The notes under the pieces are model-generated. The model saw only the letters and a program-made list of their open reading frames with translations. It was not told the origin of the DNA and searched no databases. The position numbers and the translations under genes are program-made. Shown in pieces: positions 1 through 10,614 of a stretch of 64,000 bases of DNA (the first letter of the stretch is position 1; every line of letters begins with the position of its first letter). The DNA comes from a candidate division FCPU426 bacterium (GTDB lineage: Bacteria; Oederibacteriota; Muellerivitia; Muellerivitales; Muellerivitaceae): positions 17,796 to 81,795 of the forward strand of contig CAWHOE010000047.1 of NCBI GenBank assembly GCA_963830915.1, given 5' to 3'.

Positions 1-69
1 GCCGCGGTCGGCAGTAACGCCGGGACCGCGAATGGCGCGGGAGTCGTGGGTAACGCGCTCGGTCATTAA
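1..69 (+). CDS. 3' end of an upstream gene (Ala/Gly-rich tail, possibly Tad-associated)
   Basis: Frame 1 is open from the window edge (AAVGSNAGTANGAGVVGNALGH) to TAA, 5 nt before the TadE-like gene. Confidence 0.35.
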   Translation, partial: AAVGSNAGTANGAGVVGNALGH

Positions 70-74
70 AAAAG

Positions 75-623
75 TTGCGAACCCTAAATCATCGGGGGCA
101 GTCAGCGGTTGAATTCATTTTGACCGCCCCTGTTTTATTCTTATTCTTTTTCGGGATCATCCAATTAGCCTATACCGCTTATGTTTCATTCGCGGTGCAA
201 AGGGCGGCTTATTCCATCGCTCGGGAAGCTTCCTCTTCCGGATCACCGGAAAATTACGATCCCTATTTCCAACTCTTTTATTGTCTTTACCCCATCGGTC
301 AACTTCATCACGCCACATTGGGCACTCTTCTAGCGACCACCTGTTCCATCACATCCGATGATGATGGCGTCCATGTCAGGATCGTTTATCCCATGCCCAT
401 CTGGGTTCCGATGGTCGGAAAGATCTTTGGTGAAAAACTCCAACTATCCGCCTCGGACCTAGGGCCTTTAACGAATGATCTTCAACAAGTTTCACAGATC
501 TTAGGGACACCGCTGCCGGACCTATCTTTCACTGGAGCGGCGTTGCCTTATGTCCATCTGATGACTTTCACCGCCGATGGTTTCGATGAAAATACGGCGG
601 TTAGTCAGGACTCGACCCCATGA
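75..623 (+). CDS. TadE-like pseudopilin
   Basis: N-terminal RGQSAVEFILTAPVLF prepilin-type motif, hydrophobic helix, QRAAYSIAR; Tad context. Confidence 0.85.
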   Translation: MRTLNHRGQSAVEFILTAPVLFLFFFGIIQLAYTAYVSFAVQRAAYSIAREASSSGSPENYDPYFQLFYCLYPIGQLHHATLGTLLATTCSITSDDDGVHVRIVYPMPIWVPMVGKIFGEKLQLSASDLGPLTNDLQQVSQILGTPLPDLSFTGAALPYVHLMTFTADGFDENTAVSQDSTP

Positions 624-1795
624 ATCGGATCAGATATTGGACCCAAAAACCCTCCGGTCAAGTTTTGTTGGCGACACTGCTTTTTTGCTTCATATTTCTC
701 GCCCTATTCGTCGGTTTATATAAATCGGGACTGCTCTATACCGCCAAGGAAAAAGCCTCCAGAGCCACCGACCTGACGGCTTTATCGGCCGGGGCGGTCT
801 ACGCCAACGGCATGCAATTGGTCCGATTGACGAACGCCATTCTCATGGGTTTCGCGGTGGTGGATATTGTGGTCATGGAAGCGGAACTGGATATAACTGG
901 CGGGATATCCCTCGGCATGATCGAAAGCGCCGACCCCCATACCCGAAAATTCATACAAGAAGCCCAGAAAATACTATTTGGGGTTACCTATCCCAGCGGT
1001 GCCTATCCTTTCCTTATATTCAACGAGACTTTATCCCTGGCTTCCGATAATCAACTCAAGGATTCATGGCCCGGGATCGGTAGTTTTTCCTTTAATGTGC
1101 CTTCCCTCCCTTCCCCCATCCTTCTTTTCAACCTGGAAGGGTCCAGCCCGGAAACCTCGATCCTTCCCAATATGGCCTTGAAATTCCGCACCCTCAACTT
1201 GCTCCTTCCCGCCATGAGCAAGAAAAACAAAGGGCAAAATAGTTACCGTTTAACAAAAAAAGATACTGGAGAGGAAATTATCTTCCAGCAGCATGAAGTT
1301 GAGCCCGTCCCGAACGCTGTCAACCCCGGACAAATGCGGGTCAAGAAAGGTCTGGATGAGCAATTCAAATTTGTATCGGTCATCAAGGAAGGCGAAGCGG
1401 AGGCCGAAAAGGAAGCCAGTCAAAGGATAAAAAAAGAAGCCACCTCAAAAATGAAATCCCTATTCGGGATCACCAATATGCTCAACCGTATCGAAATGGA
1501 TGTCATGGACAGGGACGATCCTCCCGACCATACGGTCATTGTTTACTCGAACTTCCCCACCGATATCAAAAACCCGAACGGGTCGAACGCGGAAGTGCAA
1601 TCCTTGAGCGAAGTTTCGGTCGAGGGGCCGGGTCTGGCCGGTTGGGACCTGTTCAAACCGCCTTATCAGCCCCGATTGCTACCCAAGGACCCGACCCAGA
1701 TCGCAAAGCTCTTGGATATCCAGGGCCGGATCCAGGAATGGGTCACCCATGGGTCTTTGCCGAAGATCAACGATATTTTCAAGGTTGGCTCATGA
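620..1795 (+). CDS. Tad/TadG-like pilus-associated protein
   Basis: SGQVLLATLLF prepilin-like N-terminus and ATDLTALSAG motif; ATGA overlaps with neighbours. Confidence 0.65.
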   Translation: MNRIRYWTQKPSGQVLLATLLFCFIFLALFVGLYKSGLLYTAKEKASRATDLTALSAGAVYANGMQLVRLTNAILMGFAVVDIVVMEAELDITGGISLGMIESADPHTRKFIQEAQKILFGVTYPSGAYPFLIFNETLSLASDNQLKDSWPGIGSFSFNVPSLPSPILLFNLEGSSPETSILPNMALKFRTLNLLLPAMSKKNKGQNSYRLTKKDTGEEIIFQQHEVEPVPNAVNPGQMRVKKGLDEQFKFVSVIKEGEAEAEKEASQRIKKEATSKMKSLFGITNMLNRIEMDVMDRDDPPDHTVIVYSNFPTDIKNPNGSNAEVQSLSEVSVEGPGLAGWDLFKPPYQPRLLPKDPTQIAKLLDIQGRIQEWVTHGSLPKINDIFKVGS

Positions 1796-2304
1796 GAATA
1801 AACAAGCCTTTTTCCTTAAACACCCGTGGACAATCTATGATCGAAATGCTGATCGTTATCCCCATCCTTTGCATGATGGCCGCCGGGGTCGCGCAATTCG
1901 CCATCCTATTCCAGGCCCAAAGCTCTTTTGAGCACGCTTGCGGATTGGCCGCCCGCTATTACGCCGCCGGGGAGCTTGACCCTAACGGATTCGCCGAGGA
2001 GGTTTGGGATGACTTGGGATCGGATCAGAAATATTTCACTCCCGGTTCCATCCTGGCCGTCCCCATCCCCACCCAATCGATCGCCAGTTCGGGATGGCTG
2101 GACCGCTTAAATCTTTTGGGGCCGTTGGTTTCCAAGATCAAGCAATTCACGGTCAATTACACCGGGCAAAAGTGGTTCGTCACGATCCATTACCATTCAG
2201 CGCCTTTTTTCGGCCTGCTTTTCCCTGGCGGTCTGGTTTTGAAAACCCAGTTGGCGGTACTGAAATATCCCGACCAACCGGTCAACGGGGTGGGCGGGCC
2301 ATGA
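1792..2304 (+). CDS. TadE-like pseudopilin
   Basis: ATG at 1792 overlaps the previous stop; RGQSMIEMLIVIPIL and ACGLAARY motifs. Confidence 0.85.
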   Translation: MRINKPFSLNTRGQSMIEMLIVIPILCMMAAGVAQFAILFQAQSSFEHACGLAARYYAAGELDPNGFAEEVWDDLGSDQKYFTPGSILAVPIPTQSIASSGWLDRLNLLGPLVSKIKQFTVNYTGQKWFVTIHYHSAPFFGLLFPGGLVLKTQLAVLKYPDQPVNGVGGP

Positions 2305-3032
2305 AACAAAAGTGGTTCTGGGGGACCTTTCTATTCTTAACGATATTCACCAGTACGGTCATCGCCTGGGCCCTGATCTTTTCTCCAGTTAGGTTCTCGC
2401 CGAAAACGCTCCAGGAATTCCAGACCAAAATTAACGGTACGGAAGAAAAGAACCAGATCTGGGTCAATGAGGGTCATTTAAAAGAACTTCTCCCGGTCAT
2501 CGTGGAAAAATGGGACAAGGAGGGATGGAAAATCCATGGCCAAAAAATGGACCTAACCCCCGCCGTCCTGGGATTGTTGGATGATTCCATCGATCTGGAG
2601 GACAACCTTCAGGTCCGCGTTTTCAAGAAGGGGGATCTTTATCGAACTTTGGGGTTATGGGAGCCTCCCGGAAACGACGAAACCTATGGTTGGGTCGGAG
2701 AACTGCCCGATCGGGCTTTTAACCCCAGTCTAGCGGTTGAGAAATGGGACTTCCCCATGGCGCCGCCACCCAACGCCTTAAGGATCTATTGCCAGGGTTT
2801 GGAGAACTTAAAGGTCGCTTTGATCTCCCTCCCCCCGCCCCGGAATTTCGACGATCAATTCCTGGCCTATTGTTCCTCCCAAGGCTTCACCGGAAAACTT
2901 TGGAAGAAAAACGAGGACGAAAGCGTCTATTTCCTCAACCAAGGCGGGAAAAAGATCCTGGCGTTCTTGAATATGGATGAAGGGGAAGGTCACATCTCCC
3001 TGGTCTCGTTCGACCCAAAAAATAAATATTGA
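2301..3032 (+). CDS. Hypothetical membrane-anchored protein in the Tad operon
   Basis: ATG at 2301 overlaps the previous stop; N-terminal TM helix. Confidence 0.6.
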   Translation: MKQKWFWGTFLFLTIFTSTVIAWALIFSPVRFSPKTLQEFQTKINGTEEKNQIWVNEGHLKELLPVIVEKWDKEGWKIHGQKMDLTPAVLGLLDDSIDLEDNLQVRVFKKGDLYRTLGLWEPPGNDETYGWVGELPDRAFNPSLAVEKWDFPMAPPPNALRIYCQGLENLKVALISLPPPRNFDDQFLAYCSSQGFTGKLWKKNEDESVYFLNQGGKKILAFLNMDEGEGHISLVSFDPKNKY

Positions 3033-3042
3033 AAGGACGGTC

Positions 3043-3813
3043 ATGAAGAACACCAACTCGGTCATCGCTTTGACGGTAGGGATCCTTTGCGGGGTCCTGG
3101 CTTTCTTTCTTCTCTATCAAAAAGCGGCGGATATCGAGAAAAAATCCACTCCCGTTGAGATACTTTTCGCCACGCGGTTCATCTCCGCGGGAAATTGGCT
3201 GAAACCTGAAATGGTCGAAAGAAGATCGATCCCTGGGGCTTTCGTTGTTCCCAGCGCTATTCATGACATCCGGGATGTACAGGACATGGTCAACCTCGTG
3301 CCCATCTCCGCCGGTGAACAGATCATGGCCAATAAATTCGGGTCCGGGGACGATTCCCTGGCGCTGGCTTTGAACAATGGTTATCGGGCCTATACCCTGG
3401 AAGTCAACGAGACCAGCGGGGTGGGCGATTTGCTACATCCTGGCAACCGGGTGGACCTCCTGACCAAGGTCACGACCGGGAAAAGGGAGATCACCGCCTT
3501 CGCCCTCCAGAACATCCAGGTCCTGGCGGTCGGCCAGAAGTTGAACGGACCGTCCAAAGCCGTCAAAAACCCTAATAACAGTTCTGGATCAGGTAGTTCC
3601 AGTTCCTATAGCACGGTCACATTGGCGGTCACACCAGAACAAGCGGAAACCCTGATGTATCTGGAAGGTCAACCGTTGCGACTGGTATTAAGGGCGCCCA
3701 GCGATGACGAGATCGTTTCCTTATCGCCCCAAAGCGAAAACGAAGTTATGTCAAAGCTGGGTCATTTTGCGCCGAAGGCTAATCATAAGATCGAGATCAT
3801 TCATGGGGAATAA
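3043..3813 (+). CDS. cpaB: Flp pilus assembly protein CpaB/RcpC
   Basis: TM helix, SAF-like domain, GYRAYTLEV..GVGDLLHPGNRVDLL, LQNIQVLAVG, VTLAVTPEQAE. Confidence 0.92.
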   Translation: MKNTNSVIALTVGILCGVLAFFLLYQKAADIEKKSTPVEILFATRFISAGNWLKPEMVERRSIPGAFVVPSAIHDIRDVQDMVNLVPISAGEQIMANKFGSGDDSLALALNNGYRAYTLEVNETSGVGDLLHPGNRVDLLTKVTTGKREITAFALQNIQVLAVGQKLNGPSKAVKNPNNSSGSGSSSSYSTVTLAVTPEQAETLMYLEGQPLRLVLRAPSDDEIVSLSPQSENEVMSKLGHFAPKANHKIEIIHGE

Positions 3814-3829
3814 TAGAAAGGAACATTTC

Positions 3830-4849
3830 ATGAAGAAATTCACGCTGTTTTTTGTACTGATGACCTTAGTTATGATTCGTCCGGCAATGGCTGATGAGTC
3901 CGCGATCCATTTGACCCTCGGGGAATCAAAACTTGTCCCTGTGGAATCGGCTAAAAAGGTCGCTATTGGCAATCCAGCGATCGCCAATGTGACCCCAGTG
4001 AGCGATGATGAAATCCTCCTCTCGGCAAAAACAGTCGGTAACACCAATTTGATCTTCATTGGCGCGGACGGGAACAAGGAATCCCGCGCCATCATCGTAA
4101 CGGCCCACAACTTGAAAAAAGCCATGGTCGAGGTCGGGGTCGAGATCATGGAGATCGAATCCCAAAGCGCTCTCAAAGCTGGCTTGAGTTGGGGTTCCCT
4201 GACTTCCAGCTCCTCGAGTTCCTCCAGCGGGTCTTCCCTATCCTCAACGACCCCCAATAACTTGACGATCAGTGAAAATTCCCCTCCCCCCCTAGTGGCT
4301 TTCGGTTCGTTCACTCGGCAATCCCTGACGGCGAGCCTCCAGCTATTGGTCAACCGCGGCAAGGCCAAAATACTCGCCAAACCCAAATTGTTGGCGGTCA
4401 GTGGCGAGGAGGCCAGTTTCCTGGCCGGGGGAGAACTTCCTTATACGGTGGAAACCAAACTAGGCTCGGTGGACATCCAATGGAAACCCTATGGAGTAAA
4501 GCTCAAGGTCAAGCCCACGATCGATGGGGAGGGCAACATCAACTCTATCCTGAGGGCCGAGGTCAGCGGGGTCGACACCCAGAACGGCATATCTCTCAAC
4601 GGAAATATCATCCCGGCCTTACGGACACGCTGGGTCGAGACTACGGTCTATATGAAAAGTGGAAGTACTTTGGTCATCGCCGGATTGATCGATAACGAAA
4701 ACCAGAAATTGACCTCCGGGATCCCGATCTTGAGCGACATCCCGATCCTGGGCGAACTGTTCCGGTTCACGGACAACGAGGAAACACAGACCGAACTGGT
4801 CATTTTCGTCACGCCCAGTTTGGTCGGGCAGACGACGGACGAGGGCTGA
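3830..4849 (+). CDS. cpaC: Tad secretin CpaC/RcpA
   Basis: KVAIGNPAIA N-domain; LAKPKLLAVSGEEASFLAGGELP; GIPILSDIPILGELFR; ELVIFVTP. Confidence 0.9.
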   Translation: MKKFTLFFVLMTLVMIRPAMADESAIHLTLGESKLVPVESAKKVAIGNPAIANVTPVSDDEILLSAKTVGNTNLIFIGADGNKESRAIIVTAHNLKKAMVEVGVEIMEIESQSALKAGLSWGSLTSSSSSSSSGSSLSSTTPNNLTISENSPPPLVAFGSFTRQSLTASLQLLVNRGKAKILAKPKLLAVSGEEASFLAGGELPYTVETKLGSVDIQWKPYGVKLKVKPTIDGEGNINSILRAEVSGVDTQNGISLNGNIIPALRTRWVETTVYMKSGSTLVIAGLIDNENQKLTSGIPILSDIPILGELFRFTDNEETQTELVIFVTPSLVGQTTDEG

Positions 4850-4850
4850 C

Positions 4851-5339
4851 CTATTCGTCCGCGGAGGGAGCTTGATCCAGGCCGATCACTGGATCGCCCG
4901 GTTTAAGACCGTTTTTTTCGAACCATCCGGCGTTCATTTCCAGGGCGTATTTCGCCCCTCCCTTGGAGAAAAAACTATCCTCGGTCAAGGGTGGCATTTC
5001 TAGTACGTTAAGGATAATTCCCTTATCGTCCATAAAGGCAATGCTTAAGGGGATATAGGTATTTTTCATCCAAAAAGCCCTTAGTGCTGTTTCGTGGAAC
5101 ACGAAAAGCATACCGTTGTTCTCGCCCATGGATTTGCGGAACATCAGCCCCGCATCCCTCGTGGGGATCTTGTTGGCCACCTCAGCGAGAACCTCATGAT
5201 GGTTCAGGGTCAGATGAACGATGGGTAGATCGGACCTGATCGCGGGGCGACAAGAAAAACCAGCCAGGCCCATCCACAGGACCAGTCCGGCCAATTTCGG
5301 CAATTGTTTAACGTCCCAGATTCGCGACTGTCCGAGCAT
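4851..5339 (-). CDS. DUF192 family protein
   Basis: AEVA..RDAGLMFR..GMLFVF..FWMKNTYIPLSIAF..YALEMNAG motifs. Confidence 0.9.
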   Translation of the reverse strand: MLGQSRIWDVKQLPKLAGLVLWMGLAGFSCRPAIRSDLPIVHLTLNHHEVLAEVANKIPTRDAGLMFRKSMGENNGMLFVFHETALRAFWMKNTYIPLSIAFMDDKGIILNVLEMPPLTEDSFFSKGGAKYALEMNAGWFEKNGLKPGDPVIGLDQAPSADE

Positions 5340-5414
5340 CTTTTGAAAGTCCCCCTCGTTGGTTAAAAGCTATTTAAATTGACGATTTTAAAGCTATTGG
5401 CTTAAGATACTTCC

Positions 5415-6410
5415 GTGATGAAACGAACTCTCTTTCTCGCGCTTTTAATAACGATATCACAAACCATGGTTACGGCAAAAGTTTTTGCCGACCCATCCGA
5501 AGCCCAATTGACCGAGGCTTATAAATACGCTTACGCACTATATGGAGCCCAGCGTTTCGATCAGGCCAAGGAAGTATTCCAAAAGATAGCCGCGGTCACG
5601 ACCCAACCTGGGTTGAGCGCCAATTCCCTCTACTACTATTCCCAATGCGCGTTCCGCACCGAGGATTACGACGGTTGCGTTAAAGGGCTGGATGTGCTGA
5701 CCCAGAAATGGCCAAAGTCGGCCGCGATCACCAAGGGTTTCGTTTCGAGATTCGCCATCTTTTTGATCAATCAGGTCTCCAAGCTGCAAACCAATTGGGA
5801 TTATTACCGATACAAGGAAGGGCTGGACGAAAACCATCAGATCATCTGGAAAGAAAGCATTCCCCCAGGGTTCAAGATCAAACGCATCAATTTCAAGTTG
5901 GGTTTCGGCCTCTATCGCATCCTTAAGCGCATTCAACCGGACGCCCCTGAAACAGCGGCTTGCAAACAAAGGCTGAACTTGATGATCAACGCTCCTATCA
6001 CCATGGTGTGGGTGGATGAGAAAGCCCCACCGGACAAGTGGGGGCATCCAGGTAATTTCTTTTCCCTCTTCTCGATCACCGAAAAGAAGCAATTTTCCAG
6101 GTTCATTTGCGATCGGATGTTCTACAACTGGAAGAGCGAGAAATTGTACCAATTCCTCGATATGTACGACGATGTGCGTAATCTGAAGCCCCGTTTCATC
6201 GCCAGGACCAAGCCGCCGGAAGATACAGGGGTAGCGCCAGGGAGCATGGCAAGCGCGCCTCCCCTTCCCGGTTCCTCTACCCCAGCAGCGGCCCCCGCGG
6301 ATCCATTCGCCGTGTTAACTTTGTACAAACTTTTCCAAGTGACAGGTTACAATCCCTACACGGATAGTTTCACCAGCCTGATCGAATCAACCCCCGCCAG
6401 CGCCCTGTAA
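5415..6410 (+). CDS. Exported protein with N-terminal TPR-like repeats
   Basis: Signal peptide; YKYAYALY..FDQAKEVF and LYYYSQCAF helical repeats. Confidence 0.6.
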   Translation: MMKRTLFLALLITISQTMVTAKVFADPSEAQLTEAYKYAYALYGAQRFDQAKEVFQKIAAVTTQPGLSANSLYYYSQCAFRTEDYDGCVKGLDVLTQKWPKSAAITKGFVSRFAIFLINQVSKLQTNWDYYRYKEGLDENHQIIWKESIPPGFKIKRINFKLGFGLYRILKRIQPDAPETAACKQRLNLMINAPITMVWVDEKAPPDKWGHPGNFFSLFSITEKKQFSRFICDRMFYNWKSEKLYQFLDMYDDVRNLKPRFIARTKPPEDTGVAPGSMASAPPLPGSSTPAAAPADPFAVLTLYKLFQVTGYNPYTDSFTSLIESTPASAL

Positions 6411-6414
6411 AATC

Positions 6415-6783
6415 ATGAAACCATCCAATTGGGTTTGGGCCGTATTCTTCTTGATGGCGATCACGCCCTTTTCATTTGGTCAAACCGAATCCACGAAAAC
6501 TAAAGCCACGGAAAAAATGGTCGCGACACCAAAACCGCTAACGACCGGCAAGAATAACAATTATTCCAACGCCCTGATCATCCACAAGCCAGCGCCAGAT
6601 CCCGCCTGGGGAAAGATCGTTCAATATAAGCGTGAACAGATAACTTCCATTTCCAGCAAGGAAAAGGAAACGATCTATGAATTCGTTTTTCAGGATGACC
6701 AAGGCGTTATTCGGACCGCTATATACCACGAGAATGATTCAGGGGATGGATATTGGGAAGTACTGGTATGGGACCAAACGTAG
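6415..6783 (+). CDS. Exported hypothetical protein
   Basis: Signal peptide; tight operon spacing. Confidence 0.55.
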   Translation: MKPSNWVWAVFFLMAITPFSFGQTESTKTKATEKMVATPKPLTTGKNNNYSNALIIHKPAPDPAWGKIVQYKREQITSISSKEKETIYEFVFQDDQGVIRTAIYHENDSGDGYWEVLVWDQT

Positions 6784-8812
6784 GAATATCATCTAACTTA
6801 TTTAGCATTTTAGGGGTCAAAGGCGGGGTCGGAAATTCTTCCCTCACTTCTTTGGCCTGTCGGCTTGCGAGCAAAAAACACTCCAAAAAAATAGCGATCG
6901 TTGACGGAGCGCCTTCCCATCATTCCACGACCCCTTTATTCCTATCCACGCCATCCACGAACCGCCATTTATTACAACTCCAACCCTATGGGGATCAAAT
7001 CAATGAGAAAATGATCGAGAGTTTCTTTTCGGTCAGCCCTGAAGGGGTTACCTATATTCCCGTCCGCGCGACGGACGAAGAAGCATCACTCAGCCCGGAA
7101 AATGTTCTCATTTTGCTTGGAAAGATCGCCCGTTCCTTCGATATTTTATGGTTGGACCTCTCCTCCTTCCCCAGTGATCAAAGGATCACTTTCCTTGAAT
7201 GCAGCCAAAATTTCATTCTCGTTTCTTCGACAAATCCGGCATCTTTGAGCGCGCTGAATCAATGGGAAAAGCGCCTCCTTTCCCTTCAACTGGATCTCTC
7301 AAAAGCGGGATTGATCCTGAACCAAGCCCATCCAAACCAAAGCCAGCCCAAAGATATAACCCCTTGGGCTAAAAACATTTCCATTCTCGAAACTATCCCT
7401 TATCTAGGGGATGATTTCTCCATAAAGCTATTTGAGTCTAAAGTTATCCAACCCCCAATCGAGAAAGCGATAGGGCCTTTGGTGGATAAAATGCTCGTTT
7501 TTTCGTCCACAAAAAAGACCGTCCAAACACCCCTTCAAAAATATCCAACAAAGGAAAACACGGTTGAAAATACCGACGGGGATGAAGATCATCTGCGGAA
7601 CATTCACCTTCTCCATCAAAAACTCCTTGAAAATCTCAGATCAAACGGATACCTGACCGAACAAACCAATGATAAAATCCAAACCGAGCTGAAACCTAAG
7701 GCCCGAGAAATACTGGACCGCCTGATACAAGAAATGGACATTCCCGACCGAATGATCCGGCAAAAATGGGTAGCTGAAACTCTTGATATCGCTTTTGGCT
7801 TGGGCCCCTTGCAACCCCTGCTCGACAATGAGGAAGTTTCCGAGATCATGGTCAACGGTCCCGAGCAGGTCTATATCGAAAAAAAAGGGCTTCTTGAAAA
7901 AACCAACGTAAGATTTTACGACGATATCCAGTTGCGGACCGTGATCGAGCGGATCCTCGCTCCGATCGGTAGAAGGATCGATGAAAGCCAACCTTATGTG
8001 GATGGAAGATTGCATGATGGATCCCGTTTGAACGCGGTCATCCCCCCCCTAAGCCTGAACGGGCCCATTCTGACCATCCGAAAGTTCTCAAAACACAAAT
8101 TAAAAGCCGAAACCTGATCAAACTTGGATCTTTAAGCCGGGAAGCCGCCGATTTCCTGGGCGCTTGCGTCAAGGCCAGAAAAAACATCGTGGTATCCGGA
8201 GGGACCGGTTCAGGCAAAACAACGCTCCTCAATATCTTGTCCAGTTTCATCCCTGACAACGAAAGGATCGTGACCATCGAGGATTCAGCTGAATTACAGC
8301 TTTCCCAGGATCACGTGGTCCGCTTGGAAGCCAGACCCGCGAACCTTGAGGGTAAAGGTCAAATCTCCATTCGGGATTTGGTCATCAACGCCTTGAGGAT
8401 GAGACCGGATCGGATCGTGGTGGGAGAGGTTCGGGGAGGCGAGGCTTTGGATATGCTGCAGGCCATGAATACAGGACACGACGGTTCACTGACCACGGCC
8501 CATGCCAATTCGCCGCGGGATGTTCTATCCAGGCTTGAAACCATGTGTTTATTCACGGGGCTGGACCTTCCGATGAAAGCGATCCGGGAACAGATCGCCC
8601 GAGCGATCCACCTGATCGTTCAACAAAGCCGTTTACCCGGCGGAAAAAGATCCGTTACCCATATCAGTTCGGTCCAGGGCATGGAGGGTGATGTGGTGAT
8701 CCTGCAGGAACTATTCAAATATGAGGAGGGAAAGGGCTTGGTGCGACAACCCTTCCCGCCCTCTTTTATCGGGGATTTGAACCCGGTCGGATATCAATGG
8801 CCAAAGCAATAA
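6768..8812 (+). CDS. cpaF: CpaE/TadZ-like domain fused to CpaF/TadA ATPase; single-base frameshift near 8110
   Basis: [11 protein letters not shown]arA-like start, then [16 protein letters not shown]; after the shift [41 protein letters not shown]. Adding one A in gccgAAAcctg joins the frames. Confidence 0.88.
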
Positions 8813-8831
8813 ACCCGTATTAAAAACCGGT

Positions 8832-9302
8832 TTATTTTTTATTCTGTTTCTTTTGCTGTTTGGCGACAGCTTCTTTTTCCACGGTCGTTAGGGGCGCCGG
8901 TATATAGGAGTCATCCCCCACCGGTGTGATGGTCGCGATCTCCGCGGCGTACTTCTGATAATCCGGCCTAGTCTGACGGAGATCCGCGTCCAGGGGACCC
9001 TCCACCGGGACAAAATCGCCCAGATAGGCCCGACAGATCCACTCCTTTTCAGCGGCCTTATCCACCCATTGGGTGTGGGGAAGGTAATAGAATTCCTGGA
9101 CTTCCTGATAATCCCACATGGCTTCCTTATATTTCTTTTGGGCGAAATGGTCCTCACCTCTCAAGAATGCGGCATGGGCCCTGTGAATGACCTCCAGGTT
9201 CGCCATCCCATAGGCGATCAATAACGTTCCAATAATCGCTACCGCCGTAAAGAAACCCTGTTTTTTGAAAAAGGGCGTTTTTTCTTGATTCATATCAGCC
9301 AC
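8832..9302 (-). CDS. Hypothetical membrane-anchored protein with a TPR-like helix pair
   Basis: TM helix, AFLRGEDHFAQKKYKEAMWDY; starts 9 nt after the pheS stop. Confidence 0.6.
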   Translation of the reverse strand: MADMNQEKTPFFKKQGFFTAVAIIGTLLIAYGMANLEVIHRAHAAFLRGEDHFAQKKYKEAMWDYQEVQEFYYLPHTQWVDKAAEKEWICRAYLGDFVPVEGPLDADLRQTRPDYQKYAAEIATITPVGDDSYIPAPLTTVEKEAVAKQQKKQNKK

Positions 9303-9311
9303 AAGGGCCTC

Positions 9312-10325
9312 CTAGAACTGTTTTAAAAACCTTATGTCGTTCTGGTAAAACAACCGGATATCATCAATATCATACTTAAAGAGCGCGATCCTCTCCACTC
9401 CCATTCCAAAGGCGAAACCCGTCCATTTTTCCGGATCGATACCACAATTCTTGAAAACCTCAGGATCGATCATTCCGCAGCCCATCAATTCCACCCATCC
9501 GGATTGTTTGCAGATGCGGCATCCCTTTCCCTCGCAAAAAACACAGGAAATATCCATCTCGGCCGAAGGTTCGGTAAAGGGGAAAAAGCTGGGGCGAAAA
9601 CGCGTCTTGACCTTGTCCCCGAATAATCTCTTGATGAACGTATCCAAAACGCCTTTTAAGTGGCCGAAATGCACTCCCTCGTCCACTAAAAAGCCTTCTA
9701 CCTGATGGAAAATATGATGATGGGTGGCGTCAATCGCCTCGTTCCTGTAAACCCGGCCAGGAGCGATGAATTTAAAGGGCGGTTTGTTCTTTTCCATGAC
9801 CCGGATCTGGATGGGGGACGTATGGGTCCTCATTAAAATGTCCTCTTGGAGATAAAAAGTGTCCTGGGCATCCCTGGCTGGGTGGTCAGGTGGAAAATTC
9901 AGGGCAAGAAAATTATAGTAATCGGTCTCGACATCCGGACCATCGCTCAGGTCAAAACCCATTTCCTTGAAAATGGCCGCGATTTCCTTTTGGACCCTGG
10001 TCAAAGGATTCAGCCGTCCGGCAGTCCATCGCCTGCCAGGTAAGGTCGGATCGAAATCAGCCCGGGGTAATGAATCGCTTTGACTTTCGATGTCCTCTTT
10101 TTTTTGCTCCAATAACCGAGTGATAGTATTTTTGACATCATTACAAGCCTTACCGACCAGTGGCTTTTCTTCAGGGGAAAGTCGCCCCAATTCCTTCAAA
10201 ACATCGGTTAACAAACCGCTTTTGCCAAGGAATTTAACCCGCAGATCCTCAATGGTTTTCAAATCCGAGGCACCTTGGATGGATAGTTCGGCCTGGCCAG
10301 ATATTTCCTTGAGTCGATCAAGCAT
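9312..10325 (-). CDS. pheS: Phenylalanine-tRNA ligase alpha subunit
   Basis: HPARDAQDTFY, RTHTSP, FHQVEG, FRPSFFPFTEPS, GFAFGMGVER. Confidence 0.98.
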   Translation of the reverse strand: MLDRLKEISGQAELSIQGASDLKTIEDLRVKFLGKSGLLTDVLKELGRLSPEEKPLVGKACNDVKNTITRLLEQKKEDIESQSDSLPRADFDPTLPGRRWTAGRLNPLTRVQKEIAAIFKEMGFDLSDGPDVETDYYNFLALNFPPDHPARDAQDTFYLQEDILMRTHTSPIQIRVMEKNKPPFKFIAPGRVYRNEAIDATHHHIFHQVEGFLVDEGVHFGHLKGVLDTFIKRLFGDKVKTRFRPSFFPFTEPSAEMDISCVFCEGKGCRICKQSGWVELMGCGMIDPEVFKNCGIDPEKWTGFAFGMGVERIALFKYDIDDIRLFYQNDIRFLKQF

Positions 10326-10410
10326 CGAGTTTCCTTGCGAATGAAAGGATATGCGAATAGGGCAATATTATTTAGTTTTTAAGGGGAAATTTCATTAAGA
10401 AAAGTAAGAA

Positions 10411-10545
10411 TCAGCGGCTGGCGGCTGTCAAAAGAGCTTTGATCATCGAGGCTTCTATCTTTTTGAGATACAGCAGGTAGTCGCTGATCGAGCCTGTTTT
10501 TTCGAACCTTTTCCATAAAACCTCTAGGGAGAGGTTCTGTTTCAC
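10411..10545 (-). CDS. Small YqzL-like protein (44 aa, not in the ORF track)
   Basis: GTG start; LWKRFEKTGSISDYLLYLK resembles the YqzL W..F..TG.I..YL.Y motif; lies between trmH and pheS. Confidence 0.6.
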   Translation of the reverse strand: MKQNLSLEVLWKRFEKTGSISDYLLYLKKIEASMIKALLTAASR

Positions 10546-10614
10546 TTCGGAAGAGGATTTTTGAAGATCCGGGGTCAAGGGAAACCAACTTTCTATGTCT
10601 ATTTTCGAAGTCTA

